Assembly: GCA_964649285.1 (NCBI GenBank)
Contig: CAZYOX010000003.1
Span: 1-35,292 of the forward strand
Direction of reading: 5' to 3'
DNA: 35,292 bases
Source: an uncultured Bryobacterales bacterium
GTDB lineage: Bacteria > Acidobacteriota > Terriglobia > Bryobacterales > UBA6623
This document shows positions 1 to 8,355 of the stretch, piece after piece. The translations under genes and the position numbers were made by a program. The notes below the pieces were generated by a model that was not told the origin of the DNA, ran no database searches, and worked only from the letters and a program-made list of their open reading frames with translations. How positions within the stretch are numbered: position 1 is the stretch's first letter; the number at the start of each line of letters is the position of its first letter.

Positions 1-755
1 CTAAAGACGGCAGGCTCTCCTAAGCCACGTTCGTCGAATGCCCCGCTGCCGCCTGGCTCAAGCAGCGGGTTGAGGTGCGATTTTTGCCAAACCACGCCAT
101 CGACAGAGCGGGCAATGCCGAGCCGTTGGACGCCGAAACGATTCTGTCCCAGGTAGTAGAGGTAATACTCGGAACCGCAGGCGAATACGTAGGGATCTCC
201 GAGGCTGGACTCGTCCCAGGAGCCAGGGGGGCCGAGTTCGAGTACCGGTTCAGGGAGCTTCGTCCAAGAGACTCCGTCCGAGGACCGGGCGAGCCCGATC
301 TGTGTGCGATTCCGTTGGCCGGCTTGGTACCAGTGCAGAAACCCCGATTCGTCGTGGGCGACCGTGCCGTTGGCGGCGATGTAGTCACCTTCCCAGGTAG
401 CGGCATCGGGCTCGATTAGAGGGTTATCTGGACTCTTTGTCCAGACCAGACCGTCCGGCGAGGTGGCTAGACCGGTTCGCCAAGTCTGGCCGTCGAAGCC
501 TGAGTAAAAATTGAAGAATTCGGAGCCGACGCGAATCACGCTGGGGTTGAGCACGTCGGAATCGTCCCAGGAGCCTGGAACTCCTGGAGAAGGTTGAGGC
601 GCCGCCTCCGAACGCCGGGCGGCGGCCATTGGGTCGAAAGGAATCGTTTCGCCGCAGCCGTTGAGCGAGAAGCGAGCTTGCTTGGGCGCCGAGCATGCGC
701 CAAGCGCTATGACCAGCCCGGCAAGGACCCACAGATGCTTGCGTTTCCGTATCAT
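1..755 (-). CDS. Secreted lipoprotein with glycoside-hydrolase-like beta-propeller repeats (GH43/GH32/GH130-type fold); C-terminus cut by the window edge
   Basis: Absent from the ORF track because it runs off the edge. Hand translation from the ATG at complement 753..755 gives MIRKRKHLWVLAGLVIALGAC (signal peptide plus LGAC lipobox). This is followed by repeated blade-like motifs: GSWDDSDVLNP, SPDGLVWTK, SSDGVSWTK, GSWDESSLGDP, SVDGVVWQK. Track ORFs 20..406(-) and 75..419(+) are other frames of the same DNA. Confidence 0.6.
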   Translation of the reverse strand, partial: MIRKRKHLWVLAGLVIALGACSAPKQARFSLNGCGETIPFDPMAAARRSEAAPQPSPGVPGSWDDSDVLNPSVIRVGSEFFNFYSGFDGQTWRTGLATSPDGLVWTKSPDNPLIEPDAATWEGDYIAANGTVAHDESGFLHWYQAGQRNRTQIGLARSSDGVSWTKLPEPVLELGPPGSWDESSLGDPYVFACGSEYYLYYLGQNRFGVQRLGIARSVDGVVWQKSHLNPLLEPGGSGAFDERGLGEPAVF

Positions 756-770
756 GCGGGGGAGATTGCA

Positions 771-2147
771 GTGGCCGCCGGTTCGAGAGTAACGCCGCCA
801 AAGTTTCGCGACCTGCGCGTTCGCCCGAAACTGATTGTCCTGCACAACGCCTTCTTCCTTATTCTCGCTTGTGCCGTCTATTACTCGGTAATTCCGTTGG
901 TGGACGAGTATGTGGCGACATCCCGGCAGCAAGAAGCTGATCTGCTGGGCGCTGTGTTCCTGGCCCAGCGCTCCGAGTTGCCCTCCGCGGGCATTCGATC
1001 AGAAGACCGCGTGTACGGCTCGGCGGAGCAGATCGGCGTGCCCGAAACGGTGCGCGCTTGGCTCGAAGAGCATCCGAGAGAGATACGCTTGGACCCTGCC
1101 TATCCGGGTTTCCTTTATCGATATGACCCGGCGAGCGGTGAATATGGCCGCTTGCGATTTGACGACTCGTCGTTCGAGTTGATCGTTCTGCAGGCGCGCA
1201 TTAGTTTGTTTACGGCATTGGGAGTGATTTATCTGCTGGCAGTCGGCATGTTGGAGTTCGTGATCATGCCGCGTTATGTGTACCAACCGATTACTGCCCA
1301 CCTGGATGCCGACCAGGCCGTTCAGGAAGGCAATCGCGCGGAAGAGTTGATCGCCGAGGAGGAGATTCCAGGCGACGAGATCGGCGACATCATGCGTTCG
1401 CGCAATGCGACGGTACGCATGCTGCGCGAGAAGGAGGCGAATCTCGAGCGCGCCAAGCAGGGCATGGCGGCTCAGGATCGCCTGGCCACAATCGGTCTGT
1501 TGAGCGCCAGCGTGGCCCACGAGCTGAATACTCCGCTCGCCGTAATTGGCGGGTCGGTCGAAAAGTTGCTGGAAACGGTCGACAAACCTGTCGATCAGGA
1601 ACGGCTGCGGCGCATTCACCGGATGTCGAATCGTCTGCTGCGCATCAGCGAGGGACTGTTGGGCTTCTCGAGAGTACACAAACCGGAAACCCGCGAGCCG
1701 GTTGCACTGCGCGCTCTACTGGATGAGGCTTGGGCCTTGTTGGCCATCGATGAACGGGCAGGCAAGATCACCTTCGACAATCGGGTTGAGGCGGCGCTGA
1801 CCGTGCTTGGCGACTACGATCGTCTGATGCAAGTTTTTGTGAACCTGCTGCGCAACGGCATGCTGGCATTCGAGGACACGGGCCGCATCGTCGTTGCAGC
1901 GAGCCCGCTGACGCGAGACGGCCGCGCGTGGATGTCTATTCGTGTTGATGACGACGGCCCGGGAATACCGGAAGACGTCCTGCCAAATATCTTCGAGGCA
2001 TTCGTCTCGACTCGTCTAGACTCACGCGGCACGGGCCTCGGCCTGACGGTGGCCGAGGGTATCGTGCAGCAGCACGGCGGCAGCATCGTTGCCGAGAATC
2101 GGCCGGAGGGCGGCGCACGGCTTGAGGTGCTGCTGCCTGCGGCCTAG
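771..2147 (+). CDS. Membrane-bound sensor histidine kinase (HisKA + HATPase_c), no adjacent response regulator
   Basis: H-box SASVAHELNTPLAVI. N/G boxes NLLRNGMLAF, DDDGPGIP, GTGLGLTVAEGIVQQHGGSI. TM segments: LIVLHNAFFLILACAVYYSVI and FTALGVIYLLAVGMLEFVI. The track start at 594 would overlap the divergent lipoprotein gene. In-frame GTG 771 (GGAG 6 nt upstream) is preferred; ATG 735 (AAGGA 7 nt upstream) is the alternative. Confidence 0.8.
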   Translation: MAAGSRVTPPKFRDLRVRPKLIVLHNAFFLILACAVYYSVIPLVDEYVATSRQQEADLLGAVFLAQRSELPSAGIRSEDRVYGSAEQIGVPETVRAWLEEHPREIRLDPAYPGFLYRYDPASGEYGRLRFDDSSFELIVLQARISLFTALGVIYLLAVGMLEFVIMPRYVYQPITAHLDADQAVQEGNRAEELIAEEEIPGDEIGDIMRSRNATVRMLREKEANLERAKQGMAAQDRLATIGLLSASVAHELNTPLAVIGGSVEKLLETVDKPVDQERLRRIHRMSNRLLRISEGLLGFSRVHKPETREPVALRALLDEAWALLAIDERAGKITFDNRVEAALTVLGDYDRLMQVFVNLLRNGMLAFEDTGRIVVAASPLTRDGRAWMSIRVDDDGPGIPEDVLPNIFEAFVSTRLDSRGTGLGLTVAEGIVQQHGGSIVAENRPEGGARLEVLLPAA

Positions 2148-3322
2148 ATGTTTCCGCGGCCCGCCACCGCCCAGACGTCGACGACTTGATCGCCGCGACA
2201 GACGTACATCCGTTCGTAGAGATTCACGGTGGGGTCACAGTGGGAGACGATCAGTTCCAGCTGCTCGCCGAGGCGAACGTCGCGCGCGGCATTCTCCAGG
2301 TGGATGCGTCCGTGTTCGTCGCCGTTGAAGCTGTAGGTGGCGCCTTCGATGCCGACGACTTCGGGCAAGGCGTCGTGATCGGTGGCGAAAGACTTGATCC
2401 CGGCGTCGATGGTGGCAATGCCGGAGTGGTTCTTGCTGATCACTGTTGCGAGCACGGTAAGCGAAGGTCGAAAGTCATCGTAGACGGCGCCGGACTGGCC
2501 GCCGATAGCGCGGTAATCGGCGTCCATGAAGACGTAGGAGCCGACTTGGAGTTCCGTCATGCCGCCTAGCTGGGAATCGATGTTGTAGGTTCCCGTGCTG
2601 GCGCCCGACATGATCTCCATCGGCAGACCTGCCTTCTTCATCGCTTCGAAGGAAGCGATCACGGGCAGCATGAAGTCGGCGGAATCCTTCTTGCGTTGAG
2701 CCCAGCCGCGTATGTGCGAAGCCGCTCCCGCATAGCCATGAACGCCGCGCAGATTCAGATGGGGCAAACTGTCGACGAGTCGGCCCAGCTCCTCCGCCTT
2801 GGCGCCCGGCTCGATTCCGGTGCGCCGCCCGTGAGGGTCGATGTCGATCAGGACGCTGAGGACGATCTTTTTCGCCGCGGCGGCGTCGTTGAGCTCTTTG
2901 GCGTGCTCAGGCGAATCGACGACCGACATTGTATCGGGATGCTGTTCGGTCAGCCGAATGAGGCGGGCCATCTTGTTCGCGCCGACCTGTTCGGAGGTGA
3001 TGAGCAGACCACTGAGTCCGGCGCGGGCCATCGTTTCGGCCTCGCGAATCGTGGCGCAACAGATGCCGATGGCGCCGGCAGCGACTTGCCTGCGGGAGAT
3101 CTCGGGAATCTTGTGCGTCTTGGCGTGCGGGCGCAGCGAAATTCCGGCCCGTTGGGCGTAAGCGGCCATTTGGCTTACGTTGGCTTCCAGCTTGTCGATG
3201 TCGACAACGAGCGCCGGAGTCGGCAGTTCGGCCTTGCTCAATCCGCTGATGCCGCGGTCGCGCCCGATCAACTGCTCGACGCGGTCTAAATCGTAGGTTG
3301 GGTAGGTTGCTGAGTGCGGCAA
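2144..3322 (-). CDS. PLP-dependent D-threonine aldolase / DSD1 (D-serine dehydratase-like) family enzyme with alanine-racemase-type N-terminal barrel
   Basis: LPTPALVVDIDKLEANV followed by RPHAKTHK (PLP-lysine context typical of the family). C-terminal motif HCDPTVNLY. TTG start with GGGGAG 8 nt upstream. Confidence 0.75.
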   Translation of the reverse strand: MPHSATYPTYDLDRVEQLIGRDRGISGLSKAELPTPALVVDIDKLEANVSQMAAYAQRAGISLRPHAKTHKIPEISRRQVAAGAIGICCATIREAETMARAGLSGLLITSEQVGANKMARLIRLTEQHPDTMSVVDSPEHAKELNDAAAAKKIVLSVLIDIDPHGRRTGIEPGAKAEELGRLVDSLPHLNLRGVHGYAGAASHIRGWAQRKKDSADFMLPVIASFEAMKKAGLPMEIMSGASTGTYNIDSQLGGMTELQVGSYVFMDADYRAIGGQSGAVYDDFRPSLTVLATVISKNHSGIATIDAGIKSFATDHDALPEVVGIEGATYSFNGDEHGRIHLENAARDVRLGEQLELIVSHCDPTVNLYERMYVCRGDQVVDVWAVAGRGNI

Positions 3323-3493
3323 ATCGGAACTCCCCGCCCGGCAGACATCGTAGGGCGTTGCCCTACTACTGTATCCGCCTCCCCGGGGAGAAGGAGGAAT
3401 CGTGCGCTGATTTATTCCTTGCGCGGCAAGATCCAGCCGAAGGCGAACTAGACCGGGTACCTGGGAGCCGCGACGGATCGGTATCCTGGGGGG

Positions 3494-4696
3494 GTGACGA
3501 AGTTAGCGATTCACGGCGGCGAGCCCCAACGGACCGCGCAATTCCCCGCTTGGCCGATCTCGGGCGCACGGGAAGAAGAACTTATTCTCGAAGTCTTGAA
3601 GTCGGGACAGTGGGGCGGCTTCCACGAGTTCGTGGGGCAGTTCGAACAGCTCTTTGCCGGAATGCACGACGCGCGTTACGGAGTGGCAGTCGCTAACGGC
3701 AGCATCGGCCTTGAGTTGGCTCTGCTGGCTGCGGGCATTGGTCCGGGAGACGAAGTGATCGTTCCCGCGCACAGCTTCATCGCGACCGCGTCGGCGGTTT
3801 CGCGAATTGGCGCGACTCCGGTATTCGTCGACATCGGACGCGACAGCTTCAACATGGATCTCGATGCCATGGAGAAGGCTATCAGCGATGACGTCAAAGC
3901 GGTTATCCCCGTCCACTTCGCCGGACTGCTTTGCGATGCCGAAGAGTTGATCCGGCTCCAACGCCGCTACAAATTCCGGATTATCGAAGACGCCGCTCAT
4001 GCACACGGCGCTGAGTGGAACGGCGCGCGGGCGGGCGGCATCGGCGTGGCCGGCGTGTTCAGCTTCCAGAACTCCAAAGCGATGACCGGCGGCGAAGGAG
4101 GCATTTTCATTTCCAGCGATGACGAAGTGACCGCGCGAGCCCGCTCGATCGCCAATGGAGGACGCCGTTCGGGCGGCGGCTGGTTTGAGCACTTTGAACT
4201 TGGGACGAACCTGCGCATCACCGGTTTCCAGGCTGCTGTTCTGCTTGCCCAACTGGAGCGTCTGCTGGATCAGATACGCGTCCGGCGGGAGAACGCCGAC
4301 ATCGTCCGGGAAGGCCTGTCGCGGATTCCCGGCGTGCATCTGCAAGAGCTGCCTGAAGCGGCGACCGTCCACACCCACTACCTTTTGCCCGGTTGGATCG
4401 ATGCCGTGGAGTTCGGCGCCGATCGCGATGACTTCGTCAAGGCGCTGGAGGCCGAAGGCGTCCCGATTCGTCCCTTCTATCCGCACCCGCTGTACAAGAA
4501 CCCTGTGTTCAAGAACAAGGACGTCAAATCGCGCGTCATGGCGTGTCCGGTCGCCGAGGCTGCCGCGAAAGATTCCTTCTGGCTGCCGCAGCGCGTGCTG
4601 ATGGGCACGGCGGAAGACGCGCAGGATATCGTCCGCGCGGTGGAAAAGATCTACGAGGTTTACAAGCCGAAGAAGACGGCAGGCAAACCGAACTAG
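3494..4696 (+). CDS. DegT/DnrJ/EryC1/StrS-family PLP-dependent aminotransferase
   Basis: 400 aa. Family motifs: EVIVPAHSFIATA, IIEDAAHAHGA, FSFQNSKAMTGGEGG (PLP lysine). GTG start. Confidence 0.85.
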   Translation: MTKLAIHGGEPQRTAQFPAWPISGAREEELILEVLKSGQWGGFHEFVGQFEQLFAGMHDARYGVAVANGSIGLELALLAAGIGPGDEVIVPAHSFIATASAVSRIGATPVFVDIGRDSFNMDLDAMEKAISDDVKAVIPVHFAGLLCDAEELIRLQRRYKFRIIEDAAHAHGAEWNGARAGGIGVAGVFSFQNSKAMTGGEGGIFISSDDEVTARARSIANGGRRSGGGWFEHFELGTNLRITGFQAAVLLAQLERLLDQIRVRRENADIVREGLSRIPGVHLQELPEAATVHTHYLLPGWIDAVEFGADRDDFVKALEAEGVPIRPFYPHPLYKNPVFKNKDVKSRVMACPVAEAAAKDSFWLPQRVLMGTAEDAQDIVRAVEKIYEVYKPKKTAGKPN

Positions 4697-4725
4697 GGCT
4701 CCTCTGGTATCCTGGCGGCTCTTCC

Positions 4726-6384
4726 ATGCCCAACGGAGCAGAACTTTTCTCGCAGACGCTGAAGCATCTGGGCGTGACCCATGTCTTTACCCTCGTGGGA
4801 GATCACCTCAACGAGGCTCTGCAAGTTCTCGACCGCGACGGCTTTCAGATCATCGATACGCGGCACGAGTCGGCGGCTGTACACATGGCCGACGGCTGGG
4901 CCAGAATGTCGGGCCGTCTTGCTGTGTCGTTGGTGACCGGCGGCCCGGGACACACCAACTCGATCACCGGCATGGCCGCGGCGCAGGCGACAGGCGTGCC
5001 GCTGCTTGCGGTGAGCGGCCAGTCCAACTCGAAGCTGCGCGATCGCAATGCGTTTCAGGATATGGATCAACTTGGCCTGGCGCGATCGGCCGCCAAGTAT
5101 TGCGCGTCGCCGGCCAGCGCGGACCAGATTCCGTTCTATGTTCGTGAGGCTTATCGGGCTGCGACGACGGGGCGTCCTGGGGCGGCGCACTTGAGCATCG
5201 CGGTGGACCACTTCACCGATCAGGTGGAGAAAGTCAGGCCGCTCCCTGGCTCCCTTCTTGAGCATCGGCCCGGGCCCGACCGTGCTGATGTGGCGCGGGT
5301 TGTGGAGGCGCTGGGGAAGGCCGAGCGGCCAGCCGTTGTTGCCGGCTCCGGTTGCTTTTGGGCCCAAGCCGGGCAGGCGCTGCAGACGTTCATCGAACGG
5401 ACACAAGCGCCGTTGTTCACGATTACGCTGGCGCGCGGCTTGGTGTCGGACGAGCATCCGTTGTGTTTCGGCTACGCCGACCCAACGATCAACCGCGGTG
5501 CGGAAATCGCGCTGCAGCAAGCCGATGTCGTCCTCGTGCTGGGCAAGCGTCTCGACTACCGGCTGCGTCTGGGCGGCTTGTTCGCGCCGGACGCCAAGGT
5601 GATTCAAGTAGATATCCATCCCGAGGAACTGGGTTTGAACCGGGCGCTTGAGGTTGGCCTGAATTGCGATTGCCGGTTAGCGCTCGAAGCGTTGAACGCG
5701 GAAATGAATGGACGTGAGCAGCCGGACCGGACGGGCTGGCTGGCAGAAGTCCAGCGAGGCTGCGACGAGTACGCCGCGGAGGTCGAGGAGCGGTCGCGGA
5801 AGACAACGCAGCCAATGCACGCGCTGGAGTTCTACAAACAGATGCGCGATTGGCTTCCGGCAGATGCGACGCTTTGCTGGGATGGAGGCGACTTCGTCCA
5901 TTGGGGGCGTTACATCATGCCCGCACGCCAGCCTGGCCACTGGATGCGTTTGGGCGCCCTCGCGGGACTCGGCGTAGGCTTCCCGATCGGCCTGGCGGCG
6001 CAGGTGCTGCGGCCGAAACAGCGCTCAATCGTGGTCACGGGCGACGGCTCGCTAGGCTTTTACTTGGCCGAAATGGACACGGCGGTGCGCTTCAATCTCC
6101 CGCTGATCATCATCGTCGGCAACGATGGCGGCTGGGGCGTTGAGCGAGAACTGCAAGAAGGCCGCTACGCAGGCAAGACGGTCGCTTGCGAACTCCGCCG
6201 CACGCGTTACGACTTAGTGATGAAAGGCTTCGGCGGCGACGGCGCCCATGTCGAGCGCCCGGAGCAGATTCGGCCCGCTCTCGACCAGGCCTTGAAGAGT
6301 GATAAGCCATTTCTTATCAATGTTGAGATTGACGGCGCCGGGTCGCCCTTCACCGAGGCGCAGTTGCGGCCTAAGAAAAACTGA
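4726..6384 (+). CDS. Thiamine-pyrophosphate-dependent enzyme (acetolactate synthase / oxalyl-CoA decarboxylase-like large subunit family)
   Basis: N-terminal MPNGAELFSQTLKHLGVTHVFTLVGDH, then TRHESAAVHMADGWAR (catalytic Glu context). TPP-binding GDGSLGF...NDGGWG motif. The track ORF start at 4543 is an upstream extension overlapping DegT; ATG 4726 fits the family N-terminus. Confidence 0.85.
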   Translation: MPNGAELFSQTLKHLGVTHVFTLVGDHLNEALQVLDRDGFQIIDTRHESAAVHMADGWARMSGRLAVSLVTGGPGHTNSITGMAAAQATGVPLLAVSGQSNSKLRDRNAFQDMDQLGLARSAAKYCASPASADQIPFYVREAYRAATTGRPGAAHLSIAVDHFTDQVEKVRPLPGSLLEHRPGPDRADVARVVEALGKAERPAVVAGSGCFWAQAGQALQTFIERTQAPLFTITLARGLVSDEHPLCFGYADPTINRGAEIALQQADVVLVLGKRLDYRLRLGGLFAPDAKVIQVDIHPEELGLNRALEVGLNCDCRLALEALNAEMNGREQPDRTGWLAEVQRGCDEYAAEVEERSRKTTQPMHALEFYKQMRDWLPADATLCWDGGDFVHWGRYIMPARQPGHWMRLGALAGLGVGFPIGLAAQVLRPKQRSIVVTGDGSLGFYLAEMDTAVRFNLPLIIIVGNDGGWGVERELQEGRYAGKTVACELRRTRYDLVMKGFGGDGAHVERPEQIRPALDQALKSDKPFLINVEIDGAGSPFTEAQLRPKKN

Positions 6385-6420
6385 CATCAACGGAACAGGG
6401 CGCTCGCAGCCTGCGTCTAT

Positions 6421-6449
6421 CTGATTAGGAAACTAACCGCCCCTATAAT
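6421..6449 (+). promoter_or_regulatory. Candidate sigma70-type promoter for the Zn-peptidase gene
   Basis: Perfect TATAAT at 6444..6449. CTGATT at 6421..6426 lies 17 nt upstream. AGGAAG Shine-Dalgarno precedes ATG 6489. A perfect -10 hexamer stands out in GC-rich DNA. Confidence 0.35.
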
Positions 6450-6488
6450 CAAGGTGCGGCCTGTTTCGCTGCGACGAGGAAGCGCCTG

Positions 6489-7196
6489 ATGATGTTTTTC
6501 GATCCGATTTATCTTCTGTTCATCCTGCCTGGCTTGGCTCTCTCGATGTGGGCGAGCTTCAGGACGAAGTCCGCCTTCACGAAGTATTCCAAGATTCGTG
6601 CAGCCTCGGGCCTCACCGGGGCGCAAGCAGCCCGGCGGATGCTGGACATTGCCGGTTTGCATGACGTGAAGATTCTGCGTTCGCACGGATTCCTCTCCGA
6701 TCACTACAACCCGATGAATCGCACGCTCAATCTCTCGCAAGAGGTGTACGATCTGCCGTCTCTGGCGTCGATCGGAGTCGCTTGCCACGAGGCGGGCCAC
6801 GCGATTCAGCATGCCAAGCACTACAAACCGCTTTGGGTGCGGTCGCTGCTGGTGCCTACCGCCAACATCGGTTCTTCGCTGGGGTATATGGTGATGGCCC
6901 TCGGCCTATTTATGTCGGGGCCGGAAGGTCCTGGGTTTATGTTCATGGCCGGCGTAGCGATGTTCTCGGCGGTCATTTTGTTCCAGTTGGTGACCTTGCC
7001 GGTGGAGTTTGATGCGACGGCTCGAGCGAAACAGCGTGTATTAGCCGACGGCATCATCACTCCAAGCGAGCGCGTGGGCGTCGACCGCGTATTGAATGCC
7101 GCGGCGCTGACTTATATAGCCGCCGCAATCAGTTCGCTGTTGACGTTGCTGTACTTCTTGATGCGCGCCGGTTTGCTCGGCGGCCGTCGCGACTAG
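6489..7196 (+). CDS. YugP-type putative neutral zinc metallopeptidase (Zn_peptidase_2 family), membrane-anchored
   Basis: N-terminus MMFFDPIYLLFILPGLALSMWAS. HEAGHAIQH zinc motif. C-terminal TM helices. Confidence 0.85.
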   Translation: MMFFDPIYLLFILPGLALSMWASFRTKSAFTKYSKIRAASGLTGAQAARRMLDIAGLHDVKILRSHGFLSDHYNPMNRTLNLSQEVYDLPSLASIGVACHEAGHAIQHAKHYKPLWVRSLLVPTANIGSSLGYMVMALGLFMSGPEGPGFMFMAGVAMFSAVILFQLVTLPVEFDATARAKQRVLADGIITPSERVGVDRVLNAAALTYIAAAISSLLTLLYFLMRAGLLGGRRD

Positions 7197-7601
7197 TCAC
7201 GACCAATAACCGACATACATGCCGATCAACCAGCCGGCGGCTGCGGCCGTGATCGGAGACGCTGCGAACGCAGCGATGACGCGAAGCCGTTTCAAGGGGC
7301 CGGGCCAGAACGAAACGACTGCTTGCCCGCCGATCGTGCTGAGGAAGGCCAGCGCGGCGAAGTCCGCATGAGCGCACCAGGGGCAATGCGCCGCTCCTGC
7401 GTCGTGGATGTTGCAGTGGTCAGCGTAACCGGCCCAGATGAATGCGCAGCCGCACTGGTAGACCATGTGGCACCAGTTGATAAAGAAAATTCCGGTGAAT
7501 GCGACGGCTCCGCCAAACAGCAGAGCCTTGCTCCAAGGAGCTTTCACAGGCAACAGTATCGCAGCGCTTCGTAGCGCATTGTTATAATCGCCGTTTCTCA
7601 T
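7197..7601 (-). CDS. Hypothetical Cys/His-rich integral membrane protein
   Basis: About 4 predicted TM helices. Cluster CHMVYQCGCAFIWAGYADHCNIHDAGAAHCPWCAH. ATG at complement 7599..7601 (AAGG 7 nt upstream) overlaps the SDR ATG by 2 nt. Alternative in-frame GTG start at complement 7545..7547. Confidence 0.5.
   Translation of the reverse strand: MRNGDYNNALRSAAILLPVKAPWSKALLFGGAVAFTGIFFINWCHMVYQCGCAFIWAGYADHCNIHDAGAAHCPWCAHADFAALAFLSTIGGQAVVSFWPGPLKRLRVIAAFAASPITAAAAGWLIGMYVGYWS
7580..7588 (+). promoter_or_regulatory. Extended -10 element (TGTTATAAT) upstream of the SDR gene
   Basis: TGnTATAAT perfect match. Its last T is 11 nt before ATG 7600, and there is no Shine-Dalgarno in between. This implies a very short or absent leader. 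Confidence 0.35.
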
Positions 7602-8355
7602 GTCACAACCTTTTCGTCTCGACGGCCGCCGCGCGATGGTCACCGGCGGCGCCAGCGGCATCGGCGAGCAAACTGTTCGCGCGCTTGCTCAGGCCGGCGC
7701 CCAAGTTCTTATTGCTGATCTCAACAAGCCGGCAGCCGATTCGCTGGCGGCGGAAGTCGGCGGCGGCGCGGCCGGCGTCGCCTTGGACGTAAGCGATCCG
7801 GCCTCGGTCGCCGCCGCGTTCTCCAAAATCGACAAGCTCGATTACCTGGTCAACAACGCGGGCGTCGGCAGCGTGGGCACGATCGAGGAATGCGCACACG
7901 AAGAATGGAATCGAGTGATGCGGGTCAATATCGATGGGCCCTTCCTGGTCACGCAGGCGGCTCTTCCGTTGTTGCTGGCTTCGCCCCGCGGCGCCGTCGT
8001 TAACATCGGCTCGGTGGCCGGTCTAGTCGGGGTGAAGCGTCGCTTCGCCTACTGCGCTTCGAAGGGCGCTGTCGTGGCCATGACTCGCCAACTGGCGGCT
8101 GACTACTCGGGAAGGCTGCGCGTCAATTGCATCTGTCCTGGCACGGTGGATACTCCTTTCGTTGAGGCCTACCTCGAGAAGTACCATGCGCACGAGAAAG
8201 AGGAAGTTCGGGCGCAATTGAACGCTCGGCAGCCGATCGGCAGGCTGGGCAAGCCGTCGGAGATCGCCCATATGGCGCTCTACCTTTGCTCCGACGAGGC
8301 CGAGTTCGTTCACGGTGCAGCGTTGGAAATCGACGGCGGCTGGACCGCGCTTTAA
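7600..8355 (+). CDS. Short-chain dehydrogenase/reductase (FabG-like SDR)
   Basis: TGGASGIG cofactor motif, NNAG, catalytic YCASKGAV (YxxxK), PGTVDTP. Confidence 0.9.
   Translation: MSQPFRLDGRRAMVTGGASGIGEQTVRALAQAGAQVLIADLNKPAADSLAAEVGGGAAGVALDVSDPASVAAAFSKIDKLDYLVNNAGVGSVGTIEECAHEEWNRVMRVNIDGPFLVTQAALPLLLASPRGAVVNIGSVAGLVGVKRRFAYCASKGAVVAMTRQLAADYSGRLRVNCICPGTVDTPFVEAYLEKYHAHEKEEVRAQLNARQPIGRLGKPSEIAHMALYLCSDEAEFVHGAALEIDGGWTAL

Noticed and set aside
594-770. N-terminal extensions of track ORFs: 594..770 (HK), 4543..4725 (TPP enzyme), 16548..16622 (cytochrome c), 17648..17665 (Grx-like), 31067..31126 (immunity-like), 33908..34099 (gspJ-like), 7602..7661 (membrane protein).
   Set aside because: The extensions are Arg/Gly-rich, overlap upstream genes, and precede internal starts that give family-typical N-termini (signal peptides, prepilin motifs) with RBS-like sequences or ATGA coupling.
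999-1679. Long antisense or alternative-frame ORFs inside well-supported genes. Examples: 999..1679(-), 2696..3289(+), 3503..4486(-), 4693..5619(-), 8023..8553(-), 13355..14332(+), 15055..16336(+ frames), 17001..17585(-), 27039..27716(-), 28754..29726(-), 34037..34717(-).
   Set aside because: Their translations are Arg/Ala/Pro/Gly-rich low-complexity sequence with no motifs. They lie opposite genes with strong family signatures. Long stop-free antisense frames are expected in GC-rich DNA.
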